A DNA stretch of 64,000 nucleotides from an uncultured Planctomycetaceae bacterium (GCA_964531695.1 CAZHEH010000013.1:6000-69999); one strand, 5' to 3'; shown: positions 27,501-40,457, numbered from the stretch's first letter. Notes: generated by a model not told the origin, from the letters alone. A program made the numbers and translations.

Positions 27501-28098
27501 GGCCGTCTACCAGTCCGTCCGCAAGCTGCTCGCGTAGTTCCGGGTCGGTCACCTCGACGTAATGGCCGTCACTCAGGTCCTCTTCATCGACCGACGGGCA
27601 CTCGAGGGTGTCCACGGAAATCAGACCGTGCCGAACCAGCACATGGAGCTGCTCGGGGTACAAGTCTTCATGTTCCGAGGAGTACATTACGAGGCCATTG
27701 CGGATTGAGGACAGGTTAGTAGCACACCGCGCTCGCAGCATCGGCTCCATCTGCCCATGCCTGACTTCTTGCCACAGCGCCGCGAGCGGAAAGGCCGCCG
27801 CAGCGCCCAACAGGATGGTCAAGGCCGCGAGCCACTTGCGGGGACGTGCACGCCGAAGGCCGAATACGCCTAGGACCACGGCCACCAGGGCGGCGATCAG
27901 GCCCATTTGAACGACGGCCGGATCACGGAGCAAGCCGCTGAAGCCCACCGCAAGTGCACATGCCGCAACGCACAGCAGAACCAGCGATGCAATGGCGGGT
28001 CCATTGTGCGGCAGCCGCGGAGGCGGCGCCGGTTCTGAGCCCGGCCGTGCGGGCTCATCCCGAAGCGGCTCCGGAGGTGTCGGCATTGACCCGCTCAT
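27274..28098 (-). CDS. DUF1559-like H-X9-DG protein with an atypical multi-TM N-terminus, tandem paralog A
   Basis: C-terminal ACDLRGNHEDGRNVLYAYAHVQW is the H-X9-D(G/A) motif of planctomycete DUF1559; RARCATNLSSIRNGLVMY resembles the post-pilin segment; the N-terminus has 3 TM helices instead of a prepilin leader. Confidence 0.7.
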   Translation of the reverse strand: MSGSMPTPPEPLRDEPARPGSEPAPPPRLPHNGPAIASLVLLCVAACALAVGFSGLLRDPAVVQMGLIAALVAVVLGVFGLRRARPRKWLAALTILLGAAAAFPLAALWQEVRHGQMEPMLRARCATNLSSIRNGLVMYSSEHEDLYPEQLHVLVRHGLISVDTLECPSVDEEDLSDGHYVEVTDPELREQLADGLVDGRYRCDYFYLPPMERYPDVPATTIVACDLRGNHEDGRNVLYAYAHVQWCEEDDLQRELDKPVNRRFAEALREHEGR

Positions 28099-28209
28099 CC
28101 CTTCCCCTGTTCAGTCCACGGCCAGACCCGATCGCTACCTGACGATACCGCGTGAGTCGAGACCACCGCAGAGCTTGCTGGGCACTGATTCCTGATGACG
28201 GATCGCTCC

Positions 28210-28436
28210 TTACCGTCCCTCGTGCTCCCGCAAGGCCTCCGCGAAGCGGCGGTTCGCGGGCTTGTCCAGCTCGCGCTGGAACTCGCCCTCTTCACACCAT
28301 TGGACGTGGGCGTCCGCATACAGGACGTTCCGTCCGTCCTCGTGATTGCCGCGGAGGTCACAGGCGACGATGGTCGTAGCCGGCACGTCCGGGTAGCGCT
28401 CCATCGGCGGGAGGTCAGTTCCGAATTCCGGCGTCT
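28210..28436. repeat. Direct repeat unit 2 (partner of 27274-27500)
   Basis: See unit 1; paralog B carries an extra 45-nt insertion just beyond the repeat. Confidence 0.7.
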
Positions 28437-29085
28437 CCGGCAGGGGCCGCTCCGGCTCCGGCTGCTCCGGCGGCAGGTAGAAGTAATCGCAACGGTAGCG
28501 GCCGTGGTCGTCGAGTTCGTAGTCGAGATGCTCGCGCAGCGCCGGGTCGGTCACTTCGATGTAGCGATGCGCGCCCTCTTCCTCGCGGGCCGAGGGGCAC
28601 CGGAACGTGTACATGCCGATGGTGCCCTCGCCGACGAGGTGGGCGAGATCGTCCGGGTAGGCGTCTCCGTACTCTACCTGGTACATGATAATGCCTTGAC
28701 CGATGGCATGCAGGTTCACCCCGCAGGACGACCGCATCGCCCCATCCCGCGCACGGCGGAGACCCCACATACCCACGACGGCCGTCTCGGCCGCGGCCAA
28801 GCCGATGCCGATGACCATCGCGCCGATGGCCAGCCCCTTGCCCCCGCGCTTGCCGAAGACGCACACGATGCCCAGGACCATCGCCACGCCCCCAAGCAGC
28901 ACGCCGACCAGAAGAAGCAGCGGCGAGAGGCCCAGGGCCAAGGCCAGCAACGGCACGGCCGCGGCGATCGCAAGCGCCAGGGCAACGACGGACAGGCGTT
29001 TGCTGCCGCGGGTCGACCCGCCGTATCGCTTGGCCGATGTCGAGCCACGCGCGGCCGGGGGCAGCGGAGGAGGTGTCATGCTCAT
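28210..29085 (-). CDS. DUF1559-like H-X9-DG protein with an atypical multi-TM N-terminus, tandem paralog B
   Basis: Same architecture as paralog A; last ~90 codons almost nucleotide-identical to A except for a Pro/Glu-rich 15-aa linker insertion; ORF may start at 29136. Confidence 0.7.
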   Translation of the reverse strand: MSMTPPPLPPAARGSTSAKRYGGSTRGSKRLSVVALALAIAAAVPLLALALGLSPLLLLVGVLLGGVAMVLGIVCVFGKRGGKGLAIGAMVIGIGLAAAETAVVGMWGLRRARDGAMRSSCGVNLHAIGQGIIMYQVEYGDAYPDDLAHLVGEGTIGMYTFRCPSAREEEGAHRYIEVTDPALREHLDYELDDHGRYRCDYFYLPPEQPEPERPLPETPEFGTDLPPMERYPDVPATTIVACDLRGNHEDGRNVLYADAHVQWCEEGEFQRELDKPANRRFAEALREHEGR

Positions 29086-29199
29086 GGGAGCCCCTTTCCT
29101 GTTTTTGGCAAGATGGACACGGTCTGCCCCGATCATAGTCGGACTCGGGCATGACGCAAGGCGCGAGCGCCGCCCGGGGGAACGGCTGCCGCAACGGGC

Positions 29200-30054
29200 C
29201 TACGCGCCTTGGCGCGGCTCGAACGCGTAGCCGAACTGAGACGTGTCCAGGTCGCTCGGCAGCGTTCGGTCCGTGGCGTAGCTGAACAGAATGCCCTTGA
29301 AAACCGTGTCCGCCGCGGAATTGACCGCGATGCCCAGCGCGAACAGGGCCACGGCCAGGAGGACCGCGACCAACGAGCCGGTGCTGATCAGCAGCCACCC
29401 CACGAGAATCACCGGCAACATGACCAGGAGGCCGAGCAGGCCCAGCGAGAAGTTACCCACCAGCGCCGTGCCCCACGTGTGCCGTAGCGTGCCGAGCGAG
29501 CGCTTGAACGCGGCGAACGGCCCGGCCCCCTCGAGCACGATCACCGGAACGACGAAGAACGTCATCGCGCTCCACGCAGTGCCCAGAATGGCCGAGATGA
29601 ACTCCCCCGCCCGCTTGTGGGAGTTCTCGATGAGCCGCAACAGGACGCCCACGATCGCCGAGACGAGCGCCCAGCCGATAATCGAGAACATCCGCGTCAC
29701 CGCCGCCCGCAGCCCGTAGCCCAACGAGGTCTCTCCGGTCTCCATGTATCGCAGGGCCGAGGCGATCAGCGCACAATTGAAGAAGACGATCACGAAGTAA
29801 TTGCAGAAGTAGAACACGAACAGCATCGCGTACATCGCGACGTCGCTCTCGCCCTCCTCGGCGCTCAGCCACGTGTCGATCGTCCCGCTCGTCCATAGCG
29901 GCAGGAGGAAGCTGGCGCTGACCACCAGCAGTGCAAGCCCCGAGATGATCGGGAAGATCACGAGCTTCTTGCAGTCCCACAGGATGCCATAGCTGGTCTT
30001 GGCGTATGCCCAACTTCGCGAAAGCGTTGCCCACATCGCGTTGCCCTCTTGCAA
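29200..30054 (-). CDS. Polytopic integral membrane protein of unknown function
   Basis: 6-7 hydrophobic helices and no catalytic motifs; co-oriented directly upstream of the DUF1559-like tandem pair. Confidence 0.5.
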   Translation of the reverse strand: MQEGNAMWATLSRSWAYAKTSYGILWDCKKLVIFPIISGLALLVVSASFLLPLWTSGTIDTWLSAEEGESDVAMYAMLFVFYFCNYFVIVFFNCALIASALRYMETGETSLGYGLRAAVTRMFSIIGWALVSAIVGVLLRLIENSHKRAGEFISAILGTAWSAMTFFVVPVIVLEGAGPFAAFKRSLGTLRHTWGTALVGNFSLGLLGLLVMLPVILVGWLLISTGSLVAVLLAVALFALGIAVNSAADTVFKGILFSYATDRTLPSDLDTSQFGYAFEPRQGA

Positions 30055-30268
30055 GTGCGCTTACACGGCCGGCCGCGGCCGTGCCCACGGCCCCAAGAAT
30101 ACGACTCGCCACTCGCGATGTCCAGCGCGAGCAGGCGCTGTCACATCGCCCCGGTCGACCTGCGGATGGCCAAGCCGAGACGCCCCCCGCAGCCGCCACG
30201 AGGCGGCGCCTTCGCTCTGACTGCGGATACCCTTTCCCCCGCATCTCCGCCAACCGCTCCGCCGGCCG

Positions 30269-32332
<2,064 letters not shown>

Positions 32333-32443
32333 CCCCGCATGGTACGAAATGCCCGCCCCGGCCCCAAGCCGAACGAAAGAGAGAGTGATTCACTTCCAGG
32401 CGCAGCACTTGACGCCACTTGGTTGCGCCATAGTATTGGGTGC

Positions 32444-32998
32444 ATGTGGAACACCCTCAAACCCCTTACTGGGCCGGTCATCTTGGCGTTTGTGCCGATA
32501 GCAATCAGCATGCCATCAGAACTGTGGCAAGGCATCGTCTGGGGCGTGGTCGTCTTCTGGGGCATGCTTGCTTTGCTGGGGAATAGGGCACTCGTCAAGA
32601 AATGTCCCGGGCTCATCAAGTGGCTGCCGTTCCTGGGCTCGGTGCAACGGTATGAACCACCTGAGTCGCTTGGGGGCACGTATTTGGTAAATCGGACAAT
32701 CCGGATTGCCGACTTGGCGGAGGATAATCGAATCGTGGGCCGCACGTTCGAGAAATGCGTGTTTGTTGGGCCCGCAGTTCTGTACGCAATCAAGGATAAT
32801 CACATCACTCAGTGCCGATGGGATGGCCCGGAGGCTTTCATATTCGTGCCGAAAACCCAGAAGAAGGTCAACGGTCCGATAGGTCTGGAGCATTGCAGTT
32901 TCCGGGAATGCGTCTTCAACGGCATTGGCCTCATTACGACTGAGGACCATCGGGACCGGCTAGAGTCTGTTGGGCCTGGTGAGCGATTTGACTTGTAG
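32444..32998 (+). CDS. Hypothetical protein with an N-terminal membrane segment, encoded in a lower-GC (about 57%) segment
   Basis: Clean 184-codon ORF starting ATGTGGAAC in an otherwise gene-free gap between uvrB and the GH-like gene; GC and codon usage differ from the flanks; no recognised domain. Confidence 0.5.
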   Translation: MWNTLKPLTGPVILAFVPIAISMPSELWQGIVWGVVVFWGMLALLGNRALVKKCPGLIKWLPFLGSVQRYEPPESLGGTYLVNRTIRIADLAEDNRIVGRTFEKCVFVGPAVLYAIKDNHITQCRWDGPEAFIFVPKTQKKVNGPIGLEHCSFRECVFNGIGLITTEDHRDRLESVGPGERFDL

Positions 32999-33061
32999 GA
33001 ACCTTACGTGCGTCGGGCTGCCAAGCGGCGCCCTATGGCCAGACCGGTTCCCTTGGCCACG

Positions 33062-34219
33062 CTATGGCGCCGGGCGAGTGCCAGCCTCACCGGCCTCGCG
33101 GCGTTCCTTCACCGCCCGGTAGTGCTGCCGGATGACCTCCTCGGCCGGCTTGCCCGCGGGCACGTAGGTCGTGTCCTCGGCGGGGTCCGTGCCGTGCCAG
33201 GGGGCGGTGCGCCACTCCCACGCGAGGTAGCCCGCCACGGCCGGCTCGTCCTTCCACGTCTCGAAGAACGCCTGGAAGCAGTCGGCCTGAACCTCCGGGG
33301 CCGGCTTGTCCACGGCCCGGTAGTAATCCCACGGGAACTCGGCACAGGTCTCCTGGTTGGGCCAGCCGACCTCGGTGAAGAGGATCTTGTGGTGCGGATG
33401 GTTCTCGTTGCGCCACTCCAGGATGTCCCGCTTGATCGGCCCCCAGGCGGCGCGAAGGCGGTCGAGCGTCGGCTCCTTGCCGCCGGTGAGGTCGTAGTAG
33501 GTTGTCATGCCGATGATGTCGAGCTTGTCCCACCAGGGGATGGCCTTGTAATGATCCCAGTTGGACGAGTACGCCAGCCGTCCGCCGTAGACCTCTCGAA
33601 CCTCGGCGATCAGCCGCTCCCACCGGTGCGCCTGGCTCTTCTCCGTGGAGACCAGCTCCGAGCCCACCATCAGCACGTCGACGCCCGTCTCCTGGGCGAT
33701 CTTCGCGTAGTGGAGAATGAAGGCCGTGTAGTCCTCCCACCAGTCGCCCCAATCCTCCGGCATGATCGTGCCCCGCCACTCGTCCCGCTCGGGGTTCTCC
33801 AGCAGGACGATGGGCATGAGCACGACCTTCATGGCCGGCTTGCCGCGCTCGGCGTCCTCCGAGCGGGCGTAGCGGATCATCTCGCGCAGGCGCTCGTCCG
33901 ACGGGTTCTTGCGGAGGTCCACCATGATGCTGGTGGCGGAGGCGTCCTCCTGGTGCCCGCGGACGACCAGCGCGACCGTGTCGGCCTCGACGCCGGCGAT
34001 CTCGCGGATCATCTCCTCGTACGGGTGCGTCGCCTCCGGGTGATGGAGCTGAAGCGCCACGCCTAGGAACTCCCGCGGCTGCGTGGCGATGACCGGCGGA
34101 CGACCGGCGGGCGGCTCCGCGTCGCCGCCGGCGAGCTGGAACACCACGACGGCCCCCACGGCCAGCAGGAAGACGGCCAGGATCAGCAGCTTGTCGCGTT
34201 GCGAGCCGGTCGAAGCCAT
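33062..34219 (-). CDS. Membrane-anchored TIM-barrel glycoside-hydrolase-like protein (GH113/GH26-like)
   Basis: N-terminal TM anchor LLILAVFLLAVGAVVVF; the ILFTEVGWP and WEW motifs are compatible with clan GH-A retaining hydrolases; family uncertain. Confidence 0.45.
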   Translation of the reverse strand: MASTGSQRDKLLILAVFLLAVGAVVVFQLAGGDAEPPAGRPPVIATQPREFLGVALQLHHPEATHPYEEMIREIAGVEADTVALVVRGHQEDASATSIMVDLRKNPSDERLREMIRYARSEDAERGKPAMKVVLMPIVLLENPERDEWRGTIMPEDWGDWWEDYTAFILHYAKIAQETGVDVLMVGSELVSTEKSQAHRWERLIAEVREVYGGRLAYSSNWDHYKAIPWWDKLDIIGMTTYYDLTGGKEPTLDRLRAAWGPIKRDILEWRNENHPHHKILFTEVGWPNQETCAEFPWDYYRAVDKPAPEVQADCFQAFFETWKDEPAVAGYLAWEWRTAPWHGTDPAEDTTYVPAGKPAEEVIRQHYRAVKERREAGEAGTRPAP

Positions 34220-34299
34220 GGCGGGGACTGCCGCGCCGGTCGAGGCGCGGCCCGTATCGCACGTTGGGTAAAGGGCTCACGGGCGGCGGGCAAGCCGCA

Positions 34300-34327
34300 T
34301 TGACTCGCCCGCCGAGACGACTATAAT
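34300..34327 (+). promoter_or_regulatory. Near-consensus sigma70 promoter TTGACT-16 nt-TATAAT
   Basis: Both hexamers perfect or near-perfect and about 55 nt upstream of the ATG at 34385; rare in a 68% GC genome. Confidence 0.45.
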
Positions 34328-34384
34328 AATCAAACGTCAGTTGCGTTCCCTGTCAAAACCCAAGTCCGATACGGGAGCAACGAA

Positions 34385-34846
34385 ATGTCCGACCAGAAGT
34401 CGAACCCCTTCAATGACGATCTGATTTCCGAGGCGTCCCCTCCGCGGCCGAACCACGGCGAACAGGAGCCCCTCGCGCTCGACACCGACGAGGAGGAGCC
34501 GCTGGTCCTGCAGGAGGAGCCGGAGGCCGAGGAGGACGAGCCGATCAGTCTCGTCGACGAGGAGGAGGCCGGCAGCGACAGCGTCCGGGCCTTCGGCTCG
34601 GCCGCCGTGGCCGGCAAACACGCCGAGAAGCAGTTCAAGCGCCCGCTGAACCTCACCGGCAAGGGCGCCACGCGCTGCCGGCTGTTCCACTCGAAGATCG
34701 CTCAGGCCCCGCTGGAGCACATGCAGGAGGCCATCAACGAGTGGCTCGACTCCGAGGAGTGCGAGGTCAAGCACGTCGGCCACATGATCGGCACGCTCGA
34801 AGGCAAGCGGCCGGAACCGAACATCTTCGTGATGGTCTGGTATTGA
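34385..34846 (+). CDS. Small acidic hypothetical protein (Asp/Glu-rich N-terminal half plus a conserved-looking C-terminal 55-aa domain)
   Basis: ORF with a good start context downstream of the consensus promoter; about 30% D/E in residues 20-70; C-terminal RCRLFHSKIAQAPLEHMQEAINEWLDSEECEVKHVGHMIGTLEG. Confidence 0.55.
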   Translation: MSDQKSNPFNDDLISEASPPRPNHGEQEPLALDTDEEEPLVLQEEPEAEEDEPISLVDEEEAGSDSVRAFGSAAVAGKHAEKQFKRPLNLTGKGATRCRLFHSKIAQAPLEHMQEAINEWLDSEECEVKHVGHMIGTLEGKRPEPNIFVMVWY

Positions 34847-34901
34847 CCGACTCGCGAGCCGCCTGCGCTTGCCCGGCACCGCGACGCCCGCAGAACGGGG
34901 G

Positions 34902-35426
34902 CTACCGCCCCGCTGACTCCAGGTCCGCGCGCGTGAGGATGGCGTCGAAGGCATGGCCGGCCGATTCCACGTTCTGGCGCGCGCCTTCCTGGCGGTCGAT
35001 CGCGAAGACGATGCGCGTGATCTCGGCCCCGGCCTCGGTAAGCGTGGCGGCCGCCTCCAGCGCGGCCCCGGCCGTGGTGCCGATGTCCTCCACGAGCATG
35101 ACCCTTCGCCCGGCCGCGTCCGGACCCTCGATGCGCTTGCTCGTGCCGTAATCCTTCGCGGCCTTGCGGACGATCACGAACGGGCGGCCCGATTCCAACG
35201 ACGTCGCCGCCGCCAGCGACACGGCCCCCAGCTCGGCCCCGGCCACGAGTTCGGCCTCACCCAGCCGTTGGGCGAAGCGGCGCCCCAGCTCGGCCAGAAT
35301 GTCCGGCTCCGCGGCGAACAGGTACTTGTCGAGGTAATAGCGGCTGCGCCGCCCCGAGCGGAGGACGAAGTCCCCCTCCAGGTACGCGGCGTCCCGGATG
35401 CGTCGTGCCAGTTCGGTGTTGTCCAT
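34902..35426 (-). CDS. pyrE: Orotate phosphoribosyltransferase
   Basis: PRPP-binding motif VMLVEDIGTTAGA and Type I PRTase fold; start moved to MDNTELARRIRD. Confidence 0.85.
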   Translation of the reverse strand: MDNTELARRIRDAAYLEGDFVLRSGRRSRYYLDKYLFAAEPDILAELGRRFAQRLGEAELVAGAELGAVSLAAATSLESGRPFVIVRKAAKDYGTSKRIEGPDAAGRRVMLVEDIGTTAGAALEAAATLTEAGAEITRIVFAIDRQEGARQNVESAGHAFDAILTRADLESAGR

Positions 35427-35548
35427 GATCTCTCCCTGTGCGGCCGTGCCAGACGTACCCGACGAACGCCGGCGGGTCAACGACCGTCCCGTGCCATTGA
35501 GGCGATGCCCTTGCTCGCGCCGCCGTCGGTTGGTGTAATGGCGAAAGC

Positions 35549-36112
35549 ATGCTCGGCAGACTCCGCCGCACAACCCGGCTGGACGTGGGGCTCGCCATCG
35601 CCTTCGTGGGCATCGCCTACCTGGTCTGGGCGCTCGTGGCGGGCGTGAGCCGCGGGCTCGTCGAGGACCTGTTCAAGGTCGTGGCGGTCGAGGGCATTGA
35701 CATGCCCGAGGGCACGCGATGGGTCCAGGCGGTTTTCGTCACGGCCGGGCCGCTGATCGACCTGGTCGGGCTGGCGTGGCTGGCCGGGTCGCTCTACCTC
35801 GTGGTCCGAAGCAGCCGCCAGCAGACGCGCATTTCGTGGGCCTGGGCCTCGGCCGTGTGCCAGCTCATCGTTGCCGCCCTCGGGGCCGTGTCGGTCGGAT
35901 GGGCCGTGTCGCGTCCGTTGGTGCTTTACGCCGTGCCGCCCGAGGCGCCGACGACGCTGGAGCAGATTCGCACGCTCTCGCTGCCGGTGGTGGTGGTCGT
36001 GGCGGTGCTTCTGTGGGTGACCTTCCTCGTGTGGCTGATCCTCGAACGGGCCCGGCTCAACCGCCGCGGTCCGTCGCTGGCCGACGGGGTTCGCACAAGC
36101 TTCTACCGGTAA
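35549..36112 (+). CDS. Hypothetical integral membrane protein (4 TM)
   Basis: Hydrophobic helices; no motif. Confidence 0.45.
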   Translation: MLGRLRRTTRLDVGLAIAFVGIAYLVWALVAGVSRGLVEDLFKVVAVEGIDMPEGTRWVQAVFVTAGPLIDLVGLAWLAGSLYLVVRSSRQQTRISWAWASAVCQLIVAALGAVSVGWAVSRPLVLYAVPPEAPTTLEQIRTLSLPVVVVVAVLLWVTFLVWLILERARLNRRGPSLADGVRTSFYR

Positions 36113-36177
36113 CGGGGCGCAGGGGGCGTGTCCGCGCGCCCGTGTGAACCCCGTCTGGACACCCGGCCCCCCGCGCC

Positions 36178-37312
<1,135 letters not shown>

Positions 37313-37326
<14 letters not shown>

Positions 37327-37960
37327 CGCGTTCACTCGACTCAGGAAGAGGCACTTCGCGAACGAAATCCGCATGCTCCCGCAAGGGATTCTTCACAGGA
37401 ACGCCCATGGGCACGAGCACAACCTGCGTGCCCTCGCGCCGCGCGAATTTCATGGCGGGGATGAAGTCGCTGTCCCCCGTTACCAGGATCAGCCGATCCA
37501 CGATCTGCTTGGAGGCCAACCAAGCAACGTCCAGACCGATCTTCATGTCTACGCGCTTCTGGGTGAAGTCGGGCTCGAGGTCACGAGCCGTCGGATGGCG
37601 CGGTTCTCTGGCCAAGGTCCGAAGCGCCTGCTCCCGTAGCCGCCAGCCCTTGAGAAGCAACTCGCCCCGTCGGAACGCGACGCTGCTCATAACCGAGAGA
37701 CGCTGCTGCAACTTGCGCTTGCGACGTGCTACGGGGCCAGCGCCGAAGTCTATCCGTCGCCCCGGATCGAGCGGATTGCAGCCGGACTCTTCGTATGGCG
37801 GACAGTCGTAGAAGTAGATCCGGAAGAGCTCCTCGCCTTCCAGGACACACGCATGGGCGAACTGGTACACGTGTTCGGCTTCCGCATGCCGCCGGCCCCG
37901 CACAGCGTAAAGCCGCTTGAGAACAAATCCGGCATCAAGCAGCACGGCTACGTTCTTCAT
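37313..37960 (-). CDS. NYN-domain (LabA/YacP-like) putative RNase
   Basis: LILVTGDSDFIPAMKFARREG and the N-terminal VAVLLDAGF are typical of the NYN/PIN-like fold; GC about 52-58%; overlaps the holB start by 14 nt. Confidence 0.7.
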
Positions 37961-38132
37961 CGACGTGCCCCCTTGCCCCGCGCAAAAAGGATGGCCCTGC
38001 CTTGCTCTAGATAGTTCGGCGCAAGACAGAGCCGGTTATATACGCATAGCAGGCCAACATGGCCCTCACATCTTCCTATGGGATTATCGGCCGCCCTGTT
38101 TGAGAAATCAAGAAGATAAGTCAGCATTCCCG

Positions 38133-38792
38133 TCATCCCGCCGGCGGTTCATCCGGCCCTAACCGGGAGGCCACCGCCTGCCGCAGGCGATCCTGGACCT
38201 GCCCCGGCTCGCCGGAGGCGTCGACCACGACGAACCGCTCCGGCTCGCGCTCCGCCTGCCGAAGAAACAGCTCCCGGACCTTGCGGTGGAACGCCAGGTC
38301 CTTGCTCTCCATCCGATCGCGGGCCTCATGGCGTCCGGTCCGGGCGAGGCCGTGCTCGGCGTGGATGTCCAGCACGACCGTCAGGTCCGGGCCCACGCCC
38401 GGCAGCGCCGTGTTGTAGATCGCCAGGATCGCCTCGGTGTCCACCCCGCCGGCGCCCTGATAGGCGACCGTCGCGGAGACCCACCGGTCGGAAATCACGC
38501 AGCCGCCGCTCTGGAGTGCCGGGCGGATCAGCTCGCACCAAAGCTGCGTGCGGCTGGCCATATACAGCAGCGTCTCGCAGTCGACGGCCATCTCGGCGTG
38601 CTCCGTATCGAGCAGGATCCGCCGGATGCTCTCGCCGATGGCCGTCCCGCCCGGATCCCGCGTCTCGATCGGCTCAACGCCCAGCGAACGGAACCACTCG
38701 GCCAGCCGCTTGAGCTGGGTGCTCTTGCCCGCGCCGTCGGGGCCGTCGATGACGATGAACTTCCCAGCGAGCTTGTCGGCGAGGTCGGTCAC
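38133..38792 (-). CDS. tmk: Thymidylate kinase
   Basis: P-loop IDGPDGAGKST, DRW motif and LID region. Confidence 0.9.
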   Translation of the reverse strand: MTDLADKLAGKFIVIDGPDGAGKSTQLKRLAEWFRSLGVEPIETRDPGGTAIGESIRRILLDTEHAEMAVDCETLLYMASRTQLWCELIRPALQSGGCVISDRWVSATVAYQGAGGVDTEAILAIYNTALPGVGPDLTVVLDIHAEHGLARTGRHEARDRMESKDLAFHRKVRELFLRQAEREPERFVVVDASGEPGQVQDRLRQAVASRLGPDEPPAG

Positions 38793-38808
38793 GTGCAGGC
38801 GGCTCCTC

Positions 38809-39306
38809 TTACACGGCCGAGAGCACTCGCCCCGCCAGCGGCTCGATGTGTTCCTGGATAGCGGTCAGAGAGTCCGGCAAAGGCCCACCGCGAAACCTCT
38901 TCCACCAGTTGGTCGATGTCAGCCCGATCGGGCGGTCCGTCCGGGCGTCACGCAGCAGGATGTCACCGTCGTCCGTCTCCTCCCCGACCGCTTCCCGCTC
39001 CCGATGGTCGGCCGGACGGACGTACAGCACATCCGCCCCCACGTCGTAGTGGAGCCAGACTGTGCTGCCCGCTGTGCCCGCTATGCCGTCTGTGATGACC
39101 ATTCCACCTCTCCGGAGCCCGGTCGGCGCGCCAGATAGGCCGTCTTGACAAGGCCGCGACCCGACATCAACCACTGCGGCTATCATAACGCCTCGATGGG
39201 GGAGCGAACCATAGTAAACACGGCAAGCGGGGGCGAGGCGACTGTGCCGTATCTCAACCGTTCGTGCGATGGCGCGCAGCGGGTCAATGACGGTCTCATC
39301 GGCCAT
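38809..39306 (-). CDS. Hypothetical protein with a C-terminal DUF2283-like domain
   Basis: LHYDVGADVLYVRPAD...DDGDILLRDARTDRPIGLT resembles the DUF2283 consensus (YD.EADALYI...dG.ivGIEI). Confidence 0.4.
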   Translation of the reverse strand: MADETVIDPLRAIARTVEIRHSRLAPACRVYYGSLPHRGVMIAAVVDVGSRPCQDGLSGAPTGLRRGGMVITDGIAGTAGSTVWLHYDVGADVLYVRPADHREREAVGEETDDGDILLRDARTDRPIGLTSTNWWKRFRGGPLPDSLTAIQEHIEPLAGRVLSAV

Positions 39307-39500
39307 GACTGCTCCCCGTGCGCCTTGCCGAGTACACCATATTCTGGACCGCTGAGTCGGAGGGGCAAGAGGGCCGCCCGCCGATCACAGGGGTCACTGG
39401 CCGGACAAGCCCCGACCCCCACGAGCGTCTCCACACGCCCGCGCGGGCGTCCGGCACGTCCGGACCGGTTCCGAGGGCCATCGGAACCGGCAGCGACCCG

Positions 39501-40457
39501 TCAGCCGTAGATCAGCAGGATGACCGGCAGGACAAGCGCCAGGTACATCAGCGTGTTGACGACGAACAGCAGCGAGGCGTCCCGCGGCTTGACGCCGAAC
39601 ATGTTGGCCACGCCGACCATCGTCACGGCCGTGGGGACGCACGCCTCGATCACGATGACGCTGCGGCCCGTCTCGTCCAGCGGCCAGGGCGTCAGTTGCG
39701 TGCCGCAAGCGAGAAGGCAGCCCACCCCGGCCGCGATGCCGAAGCGGGACGCCGCCACCGCCGCGATCAGCCGCCCGGCCCGTCGGAACCGCCCCACGTG
39801 CAGCCGCAGTCCGATGCAGAAATAGGCCGTGATCGTCACGACGTACACGATCGCGTCCACCAGGTGCAACTCGCCGACGGCTTGCGGCATGGGCACGCCC
39901 GCCAGCGACAGCCACGCGGCCGTCAGGAGCATCGGCAGCCCCACGGAGCGCCAATCGAAGACGCTTCGCAGGATCAGCGGCCCGAGGGCCCGCCTCGGCT
40001 GGCCCGGCGCGTAGTGGCGCGCGATCGGGTAGGTCAGCAGAACCGTCACGGGCGTCCACATGAGGCAGTAGATGCTCATCAGCCCGAGGCCCTCGGCCCC
40101 GTAGAGCTGGTACAGGATCAGCCCGCCCATCGTGAAGCCGGAGTTGCCCAGCGCCGAGCCGAGCGCGATGAGCCCGCGCGTCGCCTCGTCCCGCGTCACG
40201 AGCCGCCCGAGGCCGATGCCGACCGCGGCCATCGTCCCCACCTGGACCACGCCCAGCCCCGGCAGCCAGAAGTCCGACCACTCCAGCCCCATGCCCCAGA
40301 TCGCGAAGAAGCCGCCCGTCGGATAGCCCAGCGCGACGATCAGAGCCATCGCCTTCTCGGCGAAGCCCTCGCCGAGCCAACGACGCCGGCGCACCAAATA
40401 GCCCGCCGCCAGCGGCAGCGTCACGAGTAGAACGGGACGGAGTAGCGTCAGATCCAT
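39501..40457 (-). CDS. AEC-family (auxin efflux carrier/malate permease-like) transporter
   Basis: About 10 TM helices in two inverted halves; start moved to MDLTLLRPVLLV (the upstream extension is Ser/Arg-rich junk). Confidence 0.7.
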   Translation of the reverse strand: MDLTLLRPVLLVTLPLAAGYLVRRRRWLGEGFAEKAMALIVALGYPTGGFFAIWGMGLEWSDFWLPGLGVVQVGTMAAVGIGLGRLVTRDEATRGLIALGSALGNSGFTMGGLILYQLYGAEGLGLMSIYCLMWTPVTVLLTYPIARHYAPGQPRRALGPLILRSVFDWRSVGLPMLLTAAWLSLAGVPMPQAVGELHLVDAIVYVVTITAYFCIGLRLHVGRFRRAGRLIAAVAASRFGIAAGVGCLLACGTQLTPWPLDETGRSVIVIEACVPTAVTMVGVANMFGVKPRDASLLFVVNTLMYLALVLPVILLIYG

